A stretch of 63,732 bases of DNA, counting the filler, from Folioceros fuciformis (taxonomy: Eukaryota): assembly GCA_049999805.1 (NCBI GenBank). It is 9 parts of 9 records of this genome, joined end to end, with 100 filler letters (N's around TTAATTAATTAA, not from the genome) between each part and the next. Parts side by side here need not be neighbours in the genome. Positions count along the whole stretch, not along the records: positions 44,451 to 51,138 come from JBNGIO010004405.1; positions 51,239 to 58,872 come from JBNGIO010004409.1; positions 58,973 to 61,543 come from JBNGIO010004419.1; positions 61,644 to 63,732 come from JBNGIO010004435.1; 5 more parts are not named here. One strand, 5' to 3'. Each line of letters starts with the position of its first letter. Within the stretch, counting starts at the first letter, position 1. The notes under the pieces are model-generated. The model saw only the letters and a list, made by a program, of their open reading frames with translations, did no database searches and had not been told where the DNA came from. Below are positions 50,763 through 63,732 of this stretch, piece after piece. Made by a program: the position numbers and the translations under genes.

Positions 50763-52407
50763 ATTGTTCTTGTTCTTCATGGTGAATCTATTTCGTGCTT
50801 GATTGTTTGTTTTTATTTTTTGCTTTTTATTTTGTTCTATGCTTTGAAATAATCTTCATCTTATTTTTTATGTCTTTATCTTTATAGATATATAATTGAA
50901 CTTTTATGAACATCAAATTATTAAACTCAAAAGGAGATCCCTTCAATAATTCAATTACGAGAGAAGTCTATAAATCAAATCTATTCTATTTCATAAAAAT
51001 GCAAGCCCCTAGGTTAGAAGGCCCGAAAGGGTATGCAAACATGCTTTGTATGGATGACTTGAAACACTTATCAATCTAAAGAAACAAGAAAAAGAACGCG
51101 CTCTACAATTACACAGCCCAAAAGAAAAAGGGTCTATGNNNNNNNNNNNNNNNNNNNNNNNNNNNNNNNNNNNNNNNNNNNNTTAATTAATTAANNNNNN
51201 NNNNNNNNNNNNNNNNNNNNNNNNNNNNNNNNNNNNNNCCCGTAGTACGATTGCCCTGGGCTCACTGCTGCTGAGGGGTCCTCCATCGCTACCAAATTTC
51301 GGAAACCAGCTCTCCCGCAGGCAAAACTCTATACTAGGGCAGGGGCAAAATGTACTTAGCACTGGAAGCTAGAAGTATAACCTATTAATGAGATTGTGTA
51401 ACATACTGTACACACGGAGTAGCACCGTCTAGCCCAGCCAGGGACTCAGATCTCCTGGAGATGGAATTGATCAGGAGACGGCAGCCATTTCCCAGGCCAA
51501 AATTAGACAGCAGCTGGCATCAACTGCAGCCCACCAAGGCATCTGAGTCGACTATCATATTTCTTGTATACAAAATTATATCTTACAGTATGTTGCCTGC
51601 GGCAGCTGTTTTTAGGTTACAGACAACGAAAGCGAAACTGGCGGTGAGCCGGGAATTGAGGATTGTTCCTTTGTTTTTTGTTTGCCTCTTTCCGTGCAGA
51701 GGTGTGTGATTGGCAGGCAGCGGTAGTAGCTTTGCTGCAGCTTCCTTGCGCTGCACTGCCGTACCCACGCGACCTATTTTCTAGGACAATTCTAATGTAG
51801 TGTATTGGGGCAAAGGACAGGTCATGTTCAAATTGGAAGATTGACCAGAAGGTTCTCATCTTGCCGTCTGGGCAAAAGTGAGAGTTTAATATGGGCATAC
51901 GGGACAGAGATCACGAAGACACCATGAGAGTAGCAAGGACAACGACGCTGTGGCATATCCCACCCCACGAGCAGGGCAAGGCTGCCAGGTACAGAAACGA
52001 GAGGAGGAGGGGTTAAGGGGCTTGGACCCAAAAGCAAAAAGGACAGAGCTAGGTTGGGGCNNNNNNNNNNNNNNNNNNNNNNNNNNNNNNNNNNNNNNNN
52101 NNNNNNNNNNNNNNNNNNNNNNNNNNNNNNNNNNNNNNNNNNNNNNNNNNNNNNNNNNNNAGTTCCACCATTCTAGCCTAGCAAGCTTTCAAACTCCGAG
52201 ACGCAGGCACTTCCTGGTGTCTGGCAATTTGCAGAGCAGGCAATTTGAATCTCGGTGAGCTGGGGGAGGGTTTCGGATGTCACTGCACGGGTGAGTGCAG
52301 CTTGTTCGGGAAATTGGGATGTGTCTTGGGTTGTTGATGGAAGGAATTTGCTGACCATGTGTTTGTTTGTGTATGATGTCCCTGTGTGGAATGGAATGCA
52401 CAGCTCG

Positions 52408-53687
52408 ATGGCTGACGGGAGTAGTGAAATAATTAGGTTCGGAATATTGGGGTGTGCAACCATCTCGCGGAAGATGGTGAGAGCTATGAATCTGACACCC
52501 AATGTGGAGCTGGCTGCTGTGGGTAGCCGGTCCCTGGCCAAGGCTAAGTTATTTGCAGCGACCTACAGCGTTCCACTCAAGGCAAAGCTGTACGGGAGTT
52601 ACCAAGATGTTTTGGAAGACGAGAGGGTGGATGTGGTCTACATACCGTTGCCAACGTCCCTTCATCTGGAGTGGGTGGTGAAGGCTGCCGACAAGAAGAA
52701 ACACGTATTGTTGGAGAAGCCCGCTGCCTTGACTGTGCAGGAGCTGGACATAATGATACAGGCTTGTGAAAAGAAGGGTCTGCAGTTTATGGATGCCACC
52801 ATGTGGATGCACCATCCTAGAACTGCCAAGATGGAGGATTACCTCAGACCTGAACTTCTGGGTGAGCTCCGAGAGGTTAGCAGACGAGCAATCCCGCCCT
52901 TTTGATGGCTTGAGAGTGGAAACGGAGAGTTCTCTTTCTCAAGTGGCTGGTGGAGGCAGGTGCTGTGGGTGAGACGAAGCTTGAAGTTTCTGTACCTGGA
53001 GTGTCATAACGGTGGAACTCACAATCAGGGCACTTCTTTGTTGTCTTGCAGGTAACAAGTTTGTTTCATTGTACTCTGCCTTTTGACTTCCATGCGAAAG
53101 ATATCCGCGTGCAACCAGACTTGGATGGCCTTGGTGCCTTGGGTGATATCGGCTGGTACTGTGCCCGAGCTATTCTGTGGTCAAACAAGTACCAGCTCCC
53201 GGACACCGTCACTGCTCATCGGGGACCTAAGATCAACGAAGATGGGGTGATCACTGGCTGTGGAGCAACTTATTTGTGGAAAGACGGACGAGTTGCAACC
53301 TTTCGCTGCTCATTCCACTCACAGACCATCACCAAATTCACAGTATCAGGAACCAACGGCGTATTGGAGGTGGACGACTTCTGCCTTCCCCGTCGGGAAG
53401 ATGCGGCCTCCTTCGAGTTCTACACCGACGGTGCCTTCGAGAGTTTGCAGACAACCTACGTGCATAAAATAGTGACTGAGGAGGTGAAAACGGTGTTACC
53501 TCAAGAAGCTCTCATGGTGCATCAAGTTGCAAGCCTAGTGAGAGCCATACGCAGCGGCAGTGGGAAACCGGATCCCAAATGGCCCAACATCACAAGAAAG
53601 ACCCAGCAGCTACTGAACGCCGTCAAGACCTCCATCCAGTCCGGGTTTGCACCCGTGTTTGTGGCCACAGGGGCCTTGGCGAGCTGA
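52408..53687 (+). CDS. Gfo/Idh/MocA family NAD(P)-dependent oxidoreductase; exons 52408-52875 and 53052-53687
   Basis: IRFGILGCATI, VYIPLPTSLH, KHVLLEKP, LDGLGALGDIGWYC. Confidence 0.94.
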
Positions 53688-54816
53688 GCGGCAGACGTGG
53701 AAGACCTCTTCCCTTGAGAAGACAACTTGTCACTCATTCTAAGATTCATTCCAGTTCATCATCAACAAGTCCGACTGTGGAGCATTCCTGATCAAACCGT
53801 AATTACCTGACGGAATGGAAGCTGCTCCAGCCCAAGTTCTGTTGCCTCTTATTCCTTGAGTGTCCAGTGGTGAAAGACAAACCTTACTTTTGCTGCCTAA
53901 GACAACAGCTTTCTCTTGTCCGAGAGCTAGGAGGCCTAGTTATCATCAGTCCTGGACGACAGACATGAGTACATAATGTGCACTACTGAGGAGTGAAAAG
54001 GTTAAACCATAGGACAGGCTGCTGACACATACACAGCTCCAGCCTCCACACATCAGTGACAAGTAGATACAGATTCAATATGTAGGATCTCTACGCAGAG
54101 CTGGGATTGACCTTCCTCCAACAACACTGAACAGAAACACGATTCTGTCCATGTGTGTGCTTGTGGTGCGGAGTCGCCGGTCGGGCCAAGACTGACGGCG
54201 GAATGACGGACCAGTAGCGAATGTGCAGAGAGAGTGGAGTGAGTCGGATTGTCAGCCCCGATTCCGCGCATGGATGAGATTCACGATTCGTGCTGATTCA
54301 GCCCTGGGCCCTCGTCACGCCTCCTCCACAACCCTGTTTTCACCGCCCAGGGCCCGACTCTTCTCGACAACATGATGCATACTCTCTGCTGCCTAACAAA
54401 CAGTCCCAACTGCGCCACAGTTCCCGTCGTGAGCCACACATGGACGTGTCGTTTTGCTTGAGTTTACCAACGTTCTTTTTTATCTGGCTTGAATTGCACG
54501 CCGCGCCACGGGTCACTTCCGCTCCGATCTTCTGCTCACATTACGGACATTCACAACAAGGCTCCGCGGCCACTCCTCACTTGCCGCGGCCGCTCTTTCT
54601 TGTCTGCGCCCAGAGCCGAAAGCAGCAGTTCTGAATTTCGAGGGCCGGACATTGGTGCGAGCCGCGTCCTTGGTGCCGCAGGAATGGAGCTCCTGGGTTG
54701 CGGGATCTGGAAATGCCTTGGCATGCCAGGCTGCGCGCGCGCCTGTTAGTCGGGGTGGTTTTGAATTTTGTGTGCGGTGCGCGGAGCCCTGTCAGGGTGT
54801 CGCTGTGTCTGCGAGG

Positions 54817-56547
54817 ATGAATCATGTGGAGCTTGTCCTGGATTCCGCCTCGGGGCCCGCTGCTTGGATGGCAATTGGCATTCTCATCGGCTGCTGCTTC
54901 ATGGCCGGTGTGGTTCCGGCTGTGCTGCGCTGTTACACTTCCCTCACCGGGCGCTGCTTCGCATCTAAGAGGTTCGAGTGGAGGATAGGATTAAACNNNN
55001 NNNNNNNNNNNNNNNNNNNNNNNNNNNNNNNNNNNNNNNNNNNNNNNNNNNNNNNNNNNNNNNNNNNNNNNNNNNNNNNNNNNNNNNNNNNNNNNNTGTC
55101 TTCTGTTTCGGGCTTGCAGGAAGGTTGAAGTGGTAATCGATCCAGCCGCGCGGAAGGTGGAGAGGGTAACTGTTGCGGACCTTCAGAATCTGGTGCAGGT
55201 GTTAGAGGGAAGGGACAATGTTACTGCTCCTCCCTGGGAGCACGTCATTGAGAAAAGCTCGCCTACTGTATCGTACTGTGCGTGGCGACGGGACCCTAAG
55301 GTTTGTGTGTTTCCGATTCTCCAAATCTCATGCCTCGCCTGGACGGTACTAGGGACGTTGCCTGTGCAGTTTTTGTGAGGCAGCTCCGTGTTTGGTGCAG
55401 GATGGTGGCCCTACGGAAGTCCTTAGCACCACTGTGTTTGAAGATTGCTCCACTGAGCTAGCTCGTGATTTCTACATGGATGGCGAGTTTCGAAAGCAGT
55501 GGGACAGCACGTTTGTTACGCAAGAGCAGTTAGACTTGTGTGAGGAAACCGGAACGGAGATTGGCCGCATTGTGAAGAAGTTTCCGTTGCTGAGCCCAAG
55601 GGAATATGTGCTTGGTTGGCGAGTGTGGGAGGGGGAGGACAATTCGTTCTTCTGCTGCATCAAGGTAGAGTTGTCGGACTGCTTCTTTGAGTTGAAATGT
55701 TTTCCACAAGAAAGTGCATGACACCGAGTTTGCTTCACAGTCCTGTGGACATGAACTCGTGCCTCTTGCTGCCAAGTTCAACCGTGTTGAGACGTACAAT
55801 TCCGGCTGGCGAATACGGAAAGGTGAGCTGTAGCCTTTGTTGTTTGCTGACTAGTCTTCAAGTGGTCTTGTCGGCTGCTGACGCTCCTGGGCTGCTCCTT
55901 GCAATTGATATGCTGCTAACCTAGGATTTTTTATATCCAGTGCCTGGAAGGAATGCTTGTGAAATCAGCATGTTTCACCAGGAAGATCTTTGCATGCAAC
56001 GGGAGATGGGCAAGATGGCATTCAGCAGAGGCATTTGGAGCTACGTGAGGAAAATGGAGACAAACCTTCGAAAGTTTGCCCTGTGTCGAGAAGCGTGTGG
56101 CCAGGGCTGCAGTGCCGTGTCTCTCGCTCAAAAGGTATACACTGTATGGTATTGCCCACACCATCATTCGGTGTTGATCAGGATCGCTTGTACTATGCCT
56201 CCAATTAGTACGCTTTCCTGACTCGCTAGCTTGCCCTTTTTCTTCAGGTACCAACAGCCGTTCTGGCCTCTTTCTCAGTGAAGGGCCAGATGATGCCTGG
56301 AGCTGCCAGCTTAAAATTGTCACGAGAAGCAAGCCTGGGATCAGGCAATTGCATTGGGAACTACGAGATGAGTTCTCCTGTTCGTGAAGCTGCCCTACGA
56401 AAGAAAGTTGCCAAGGGATTGATCTTCCTTGGTGGAGTCGTAGTCTTCAGCCAGTCAACAGCGTCGTGGGGAGCGAAGATTGCTGCCGTTTGCCTGATAA
56501 AACGATTCGTTCGACCTCAATCTCCATGTAAAAAGATAAGGACTTGA
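54817..56547 (+). CDS. START-domain lipid-binding protein with N-terminal TM, multi-exon, spans a gap
   Basis: SYCAWRRDPK, TVFEDCSTELARDFYMDGEFRKQWD, KKFPLLSPREYVLGWRVW, NSGWRIRKVPGRNACEI. Confidence 0.9.
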
Positions 56548-57105
56548 GACAAGAGTCCCTAGATGTGTGTCTAGACATCGGCTGAATTCCATCTTGTACA
56601 ATAGGTAACCCAATTTCATCTTCCAAGTATCCCCCCGATGAAGTTAAGGAGTCCCATCTCAGCACACATGAAGCTTGCAATGAAGCTTGCGAAGTGGCAC
56701 ACACAGACGTCATCTTGGGTGAAATCGTACAGTTTCACATGACAGTTGTTTTTCAATGCCACAGGTGATATTACATCCCAATGGCCATTAGTTGTCCTAC
56801 ACTACAAGGTATCCAGCACTGCAACAAATGATGGTGAAACCATCCAGTTATGGAATGCCACAAAGGCGCGCAACACGCTAAGTATGCGAGCACCTCAACT
56901 AACGAGCCTGAAAAGCCATACTAAAGTGCTAAAAATGATCGCCGCCAAGAGAAACAACACAACAGCTTGGCGTCAAGAGTGTTGAGCGGCGATTCCTGAC
57001 AGCAAATCAAAAGGCGCAACAACATAGGAGTTAGCAACAGTGCAGCTCGCGAACACACAGCTCACAGCACTAGACAGGCTTACCAACTCACGTCTGACAC
57101 AATGT

Positions 57106-58690
57106 TTATGGAACGGGAAGATCCGCCAGGGTGGTGTTGAGTTCTTGGAGAAACCCTTCCGAGATCAACGAGGGGGCATGCGGAAAGAGAACTTTGTAAG
57201 TACTTTTTATTGTTAATTCTCCCGCACCGGACACTGCAGCGATATCTGCAGAAGCAAAGAAGAGCTGTGTCAGCACCTCGACATTTCCTGCGTGTTTCTT
57301 TCAGCAGAAGGGGCCGGGACAACAGTCCTCATACCTCTCATTGTCCTCGGTTGGCCTGAAATCGCTGTCATCATGTAGATAAATCCACATGCAATCGAGA
57401 TCGGGGTTTTCCTGCAGTAGTTCATGCAAGGGCGGCCTTGTTAGTGAGCGATACACATACAGAACCATAAAGGACTGGGCTGGACGACAAATGGCTACTA
57501 TCACTGCGTCACCTGACGTCAAGATTGTCCAATCGCTCAAGACCCACGAGGATGGCTCTCACAATGTTGTGATTCACTTGCAGAGCAGAGCAGAATCGCC
57601 TCTGCAAAAACACGTTCTCAAAGCATGGCACAAGTTAGGTAGAGCGGGACCAGGTCCACATTCCTTTAGGACAGGAAACACTTATCCAGCAATTAACTTA
57701 CCACGTAGTCCCGAGGATGGAGCGCAGACATGTCCATGCGCACACCGCCTTCGTCTTCGAGGTGCTTCGTGATCAGATTAGTTGCTCGACCGATTTCCCT
57801 CACGGAGGCTCTGCTCGTAGCAGCCCCGATCTCTGAAAACCAACCAAGTACAAATCTAACAACGCTCAACTCATGTAACTGGGTCCAAAATCCACCACAG
57901 GTCACACACCAACTCTTCACAACCTTTGAAACTGCGAGGGGTCATTTCTTGTCTACAAGCCAAATAGAGACAGGCAGCCCGAATGGCTTCCTGATTTCTC
58001 CCCTGGAAAGACATGATGTCTGAGGCCCTCTTGTACAACTCGTGAGCCCGATCCTGATATTCACAACAAGAAGCGTGATTTCCGTGACACAGCGCCCATC
58101 CGCAAGATCAACTTGAAGCACGAATTTCGCTGCGATTCAAAACTCAACACCCTTCTACCTGTATCGCTGTTACCAGATGCAATCTGCAAACATCGAAACC
58201 ACAACTAGTCAGCACAACAAGGTTACGACTGAATCCAAAAACAATTGCAACCATCCGAATGAACCAAAGATTTCGCAATCCACACGTGAAACGCTTCTGG
58301 AACGCACCTATCAGCCATATTTGCTATACCATTCAAAGCAGCTATCAGGTTCCTGTCGGACTTCGAAGGTTGGGCCCAACTCTGCCTCAGGCTCGTGGAC
58401 CCCTTGGAAGCCTCCCCCCTCGCACCTTTGTTGGAAATAACGGTGGACAAGGGACCGTCCCTGAGCAAAGTATTGGTAGGGGATCCAACACGGCTGTGAT
58501 CGACAATTGATTCGACATTAGAAAACGTTCTCCACTCCGCCGATTCGTCGACAGTCCGGGCCTCCAGCACCAGGCCACAGCCCGTGCAGATCAAGTCCCC
58601 CTGTGCACGGTCTTCCACAAGAACCGTGGGAACTTTGCACTCTGAGCAGTGAATTTTACCGTTTTCCTCCTCGGGATCCTTCTTGGCCAT
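57106..58690 (-). CDS. TFIIB: Transcription initiation factor IIB family protein, divergent paralog, 7 exons
   Basis: Zn ribbon CSEC...CTGCGLV, B-reader DESAEWRTF, cyclin repeats [11 protein letters not shown] and RRFCSAL...KTPISIA. All introns GT-AG; the spliced frame stays open to TAA at 57106. Confidence 0.9.
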
Positions 58691-58972
58691 GGGTTCTCAG
58701 ACGATGATCGTTTGCGTTAATTGTTCTCTTAGGCTAGCGCTTTCGAATTCGCCTACTCCTGCCCGCTGGCCCGACCTACTCCCGAAGATGCTCTCCCACA
58801 ACCCAACCCAATTCCAAGCTGCTGAGGCGACACCCTTCAGAGTATTCACTCGCTGCAGCAAAGCCAGTACGCNNNNNNNNNNNNNNNNNNNNNNNNNNNN
58901 NNNNNNNNNNNNNNNNTTAATTAATTAANNNNNNNNNNNNNNNNNNNNNNNNNNNNNNNNNNNNNNNNNNNN

Positions 58973-61543
58973 AGCCCACTACTATGTCTCCTTCATTGAT
59001 GATTTCAGCAAGTACACGTGGCTGTACATACTGAAGCATACGGATGAAGTGTTCGAGTCTTTCAAGGACTTCAAAAAGCATGCTGAAAATGAATTCAGCT
59101 GCTCCATCTCTTGTCTAAGATTAGATGGAGGGGGAGAATATGTCTCAAATGAGTTTGACAGGTATCTTGCAGATCATGGTATACGAAGACAGCTGACTTG
59201 CAGATACACACCACAGCAGAATGGTGTTGCAGAGAGGAAGAACAAGGTAGTCATGGAAACAGCAAGGGCAATGCTGAATGAGAAGTGCTGACCTAATGAT
59301 TATTGGGCAGAAGCAGTGATGACAGTAGTGTATGTACTGAATCGAACTCCTACGGCAGGAATTCATGATGCTACACCAATTGAGAGACTGTATGGCTATA
59401 AGCCGGATATNNNNNNNNNNNNNNNNNNNNNNNNNNNNNNNNNNNNNNNNNNNNNNNNNNNNNNNNNNNNNNNNNNNNNNNNNNNNNNNNNNNNNNNNNN
59501 NNNNNNNNNNAGTGATGACAGCAGTGTATGTACTGAATCGAACTCCTACGGCAGGAATTCATAATGCTACACCAATTGAGAGATTGTATGGCTATAAGCC
59601 GGATATTAGGCACTTGAAAGTGTTTGGGTGCATTGCATATGTGCATGTACCTGATGAGAAGCATAGCAAGTTGGATCCTAAAGCAGTGACGAGTGTTTTT
59701 CTGGGGTATGCACGAAATAGGAAGGCATATAAGTGTTATGTGCCATCCACACATGAGATCCTGATAAGCAGGGATGTGGTATTTGATGAGTTAGCCTCCT
59801 GGTACAGCAACTTAGTTGCACTACCCTATGACGAACCCACAGGGGAGAGTACTGTTAAGAGTACTCCAGCAAAGAGTGAGGATGACCAATGGTGGATCAC
59901 CAACGGTGAATCCATAGTCTGGAAGACTGCGGAATGGTAAACTGAAGACCACTGACCCGGATATGTCAGTGAGGGAGAGAGTAGAAAGCAGCAAAACTGG
60001 AAATGAGGGATATGAATCTTCAAGTAGTGAGAGCATTGACAGTGAGTTTGGCATTCCGTATGTGGAAACGCCAGATGCTAAGGAGCAACAATATGCAAGG
60101 CAGGTTCAAAATGAACCAAGACCAAGGAGATCTGAGAGGGTTAGGAAACCCATTGACAGGTACACCTATACAAGCTACAATGTGCAACATTATGCTTATA
60201 TAACAAGGGTCACAGCTTATAAGAAGCCAACCAAGTTTGTTGAGGCAGTGACAAATGATAAGTGGTGTCAAGCCATGGATGAAGAATTCTCAGCATTAGT
60301 TGAGAACGAAACGTGGGATTTGGTTCAATTGCCTGATGGCAAGGTTCTTATTGGTTCTAAGTGGGTGTACAAGCTGAAGTTCAAGTCAGATGGAACGCTG
60401 GAGCGTTACAAGGCCAGGTTGGTTGCAAAGGGATATGCACAATAGTATGGTCTTGATTATGAGGAAACCTTTAGTCTAGTAGCCAAGATGACAACTATAA
60501 GTCATAGCATTAGCAGCAACTAAAGGATGGAAGTTATGGCAAATGGATGTCAAGAATGCCTTCTTGAATGATGAGTTGCAGGAGGAAGTGTACGTGGAAC
60601 AGCCTGAAGGCTATGTTCATCCTAAGTTTCCAACATACGTCTGCAAACTGAAGAAGGCATTGTATGGACTCAAACAAGCACCTAGAGCATGGAATGCTCG
60701 TATCACAAGCTATTTGAAGGAGCGAGGGTTTGTGATTGGAGACGTAGATCACAGTCTGTTTGTAAAACAGACCAAGGTAGGACAAGTATGTCTTGTCGTT
60801 TATGTTGACGACATGATCATCACAGGAGATGATGCAGATGGTATTGCAGATGTCAAGGCAAATCTGCAAAAAGAGTTCAATGTGAAGGATCTTGGTGAAC
60901 TCAGATACTTCTTAGGAATTGAGGTTGTGTCTACACCTCAAGGAATCTGGCTATTCCAAAAACAATATGCTAAGGATATGTTGCAGAAGTATGGCATGGC
61001 AGATTGCAAAGCGATGGATACACCATTGGAGCAGAACGTCAAGTTGCAAATGGATGTAGGAACTGAGCTGGAAAATGTGACTATGTATCGACAGATGGTC
61101 GGAAGTTTGATCTACTTGACTATCACACGTCCTGACTTAAGNNNNNNNNNNNNNNNNNNNNNNNNNNNNNNNNNNNNNNNNNNNNNNNNNNNNNNNNNNN
61201 NNNNNNNNNNNNNNNNNNNNNNNNNNNNNNNNNNNNNNNNNGACTGATTAGTCAATTCATGCAGAACCCAAGGAAACCGCACTTGGATGCAGTTAGAAGA
61301 ATCATGAGATATGTGAAAGGAACTACTGAGTTTGGATTGCTCTATGAGCATAGGAAGCATCTTGAACTGACAGGATATACAGATGCTGATTGGGCTGGTT
61401 GTGCGTATGACAGACGATCAACCAATGGATATGCATTAAGTCTGGGAAGTAGTATGATCAGCTGGCAAAGCAAGAAACAACCGACAGTTGCTTTGTCAAG
61501 CACAAAAGCAAAGTATCGAGGAGTTGCAATGGCAGCCTGTGAA
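58973..61543 (+). mobile_element. Ty1/Copia pol fragment (integrase, RT, RNase H), decayed; a different family from 1-6304
   Basis: RLDGGGEY, YTPQQNGVAERKN, YKARLVAKGY, YVDDMII, YTDADWAG; stops at 59289 and 60443 plus frameshifts. Confidence 0.96.
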
Positions 61544-61643
61544 NNNNNNNNNNNNNNNNNNNNNNNNNNNNNNNNNNNNNNNNNNNNTTAATTAATTAAN
61601 NNNNNNNNNNNNNNNNNNNNNNNNNNNNNNNNNNNNNNNNNNN

Positions 61644-63732
61644 GCTAAATCTAGAGCTGTCTTGATGAAGAAGCAAGTATGCTTCTTGCTGCCTTTGGAA
61701 ACAAAATGTGTATTCCAGGCAAAACCTCCTAAGAAGGATGGAGTTATAATGACCACTAGTATTCTAGGATGAGTGGTGTGTATCATTCCCAGTTTTAGCA
61801 GTGGCTTAGCTGTGGAGTATAAATAGGCCAGTGTTAGGGTCTTAAGGATATACTGTGATACACTGATACACAAAGAGGCAGACAGGGTCTTAAGGATATA
61901 CTGTGATACACTGATACACAAAGAGGCAGACAATGAGAAGTCTAGCCTTGAGGCATAGCTGTGGAGGGCTTGAAGAGCAAGCTTGTCAGATAGAGTCTAG
62001 GGCAGTAGCNNNNNNNNNNNNNNNNNNNNNNNNNNNNNNNNNNNNNNNNNNNNNNNNNNNNNNNNNNNNNNNNNNNNNNNNNNNNNNNNNNNNNNNNNNN
62101 NNNNNNNNNTGTTAGGGTCTTAAGGATATACTGTGATACACTGATACACAAAGAGGTAGACAGTGAGAAGTCTAGCCTTGAGGCATAGCTGTGGAGGGCT
62201 TGAAGAGCAAGCTTGTCAGATAGAGTCTAGGGCAGTAGCCAGTGGGGCGTAGATCGCCAGACTCTTTTGTAAGTATTTGGAATAAAGAGCAGCACCAAGA
62301 GGAGGTGGTCTGCGAGTCGTCAGTGGACGGCGGGCTACTTGGAGCTTAGTGTTGAGTCGTGTGAGAGGGAGTGAGTGATTTGTAAGTGGAGCGCTGCGGA
62401 GTGTTTAGACGAGATTCGAGGCCGTTGCTTCCTTTTACGCTGCATAAGGAAGGGGGCGTTACTTAGTTGGTATCAGAGCATAGTCTATTCCTCCAAGATG
62501 GCCAAGCGCTACAGGATGCAGATACGAGAGGTTTCTCCTAATCCTCCGCCTCAACAACTCGAGGAAAATCAAGGCAAGGAGATGCCGCCTACNNNNNNNN
62601 NNNNNNNNNNNNNNNNNNNNNNNNNNNNNNNNNNNNNNNNNNNNNNNNNNNNNNNNNNNNNNNNNNNNNNNNNNNNNNNNNNNNNNNNNNNNGCCGCCTA
62701 CCGACTCAGCAGGACCATCCGGAGACAAATTTGAAGATTGGAAGACGCAGATGATGGTCGCTTTACGACAAATTCTCCCCGAAGTATTGCCGGAAGTTCT
62801 CCAAGATTTGACAGCATCTGGGAAAAAGGCAAGGAAGGATCCACAGCCTATAGCTCTACAAAATGAGGAAGCGGAAGACAATCAAGATCCTTTTCATATC
62901 TTCGAAGCAGTTCCGAGGGCAAATCTGAAGTTGGCCATGCCAGATAAGTATGAGGGAGTAAGGGATCTACAAGCTATTGATTCCTGGATTTACTCTATTG
63001 AAAGCTATCTTGCTTCATCTGGCCTGGAGCCTAAGCATTACTTAGGAACTGTGGGCAACTTTCTCAAAGGGTATGCTTTGGTGTGGTGGCGAAGTTATTG
63101 TGCTAATGTAGCCCAGAGAAATCGAGCACACACCATCACAGACTGGGCATCTTTTAAAGAGGCCTTGAAGAAGCAGTTCCAACCTGCGAATGCTTTACAC
63201 TTGAGCCAGCAGCTGCTTGATAATATAAAGTAGACAGGTACTGTACGAGAATATGTAAGTACATTCAGTGAAGCTGTTATGCATTGTACTTCAATGAGTG
63301 AAGTTGACAAACTACATCGCTTCATGGTTGGTTTGAAGGATTGGGCTGCTAACAGAATTGAGTTGTATAGTCCAATGACCTTGGCAGAGGCCATAACAGC
63401 AGCAGATGCTATCCCAGATACCTTTCATTCCAACACATCCAACTCCTTAAGAAGATTTCGAGGTAATACCTGTGGACGGTATATGCAAACTAGGGTTTCT
63501 TCCAACAATGTTGCAAGAGGGACTCCCAAGGATAATGAAAGGAGTACAGTTGCAAGAGGCAACTCCAGTGCGAGCTTCCGTGGGAGAAATCGAGGAGTGC
63601 GTAGGGGGCGCGGACCTCAGAGAACAGGGACAATGGGTTCTCGGAAAGGAGTTTGTTTTGCTTGTGGAGAGCCGGGACATTACGCGAATGAATGCCCCAA
63701 TACTCAACAAACTTTGAATGTTGTTCAAGACA
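61644..63732 (+). mobile_element. Ty3/Gypsy retrotransposon 5' part: LTR to about 62463, PBS, decayed gag
   Basis: LTR end GGGGCGTTAC, then PBS, gag from ATG 62498 with LKGYALVWW...ITDWASFKEALKKQF and knuckle CFACGEPGHYANEC; internal stop at 63231. Confidence 0.9.
62468..62479 (+). promoter_or_regulatory. Primer binding site, initiator tRNA-Met
   Basis: TGGTATCAGAGC. Confidence 0.9.

Noticed and set aside
50320-50802. Hydrophobic and Lys/Thr-rich ORFs
   Set aside because: Translations of T-rich low-complexity DNA and a hexamer microsatellite.
59316-59610. Duplicated integrase segment either side of a gap (similar case at 61830-62240)
   Set aside because: Overlap of contig ends from different repeat copies across an N gap; an assembly effect.

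Overview
This window is not one locus. It is nine short unplaced scaffolds joined by artificial 100-nt linkers (N44-TTAATTAATTAA-N44). Most of it is a compact plant nuclear genome with short introns; a lycophyte or bryophyte is my guess, not provable from the sequence. Host genes: PsbS, tRNA-Pro(AGG), a rhodanese, Exo70, an IRK-interacting/GIL1-like gene, RPL8/uL2, a Gfo/Idh/MocA oxidoreductase, a START-domain gene, a divergent TFIIB and a COX10 pseudogene. Mobile DNA: two decayed Ty1/Copia elements, a Ty3/Gypsy 5' end, a pogo/Tigger-like remnant and a long foldback element. The first three scaffolds are each exact tandem duplicates around 10 Ns, most likely a scaffolding artefact. Best leads: (1) an intact antisense ORF for a small Cys-rich membrane protein inside a Copia element, between pol and the PPT; (2) a large intronless orphan ORF with 17-aa PGHWR repeats next to tRNA-Pro; (3) a 913-bp scaffold with no CpA/TpG, the signature of fungal RIP; (4) a transposon TIR amplified into a 33-bp array; (5) an AT-rich intronless orphan ORF with virus-like packing.
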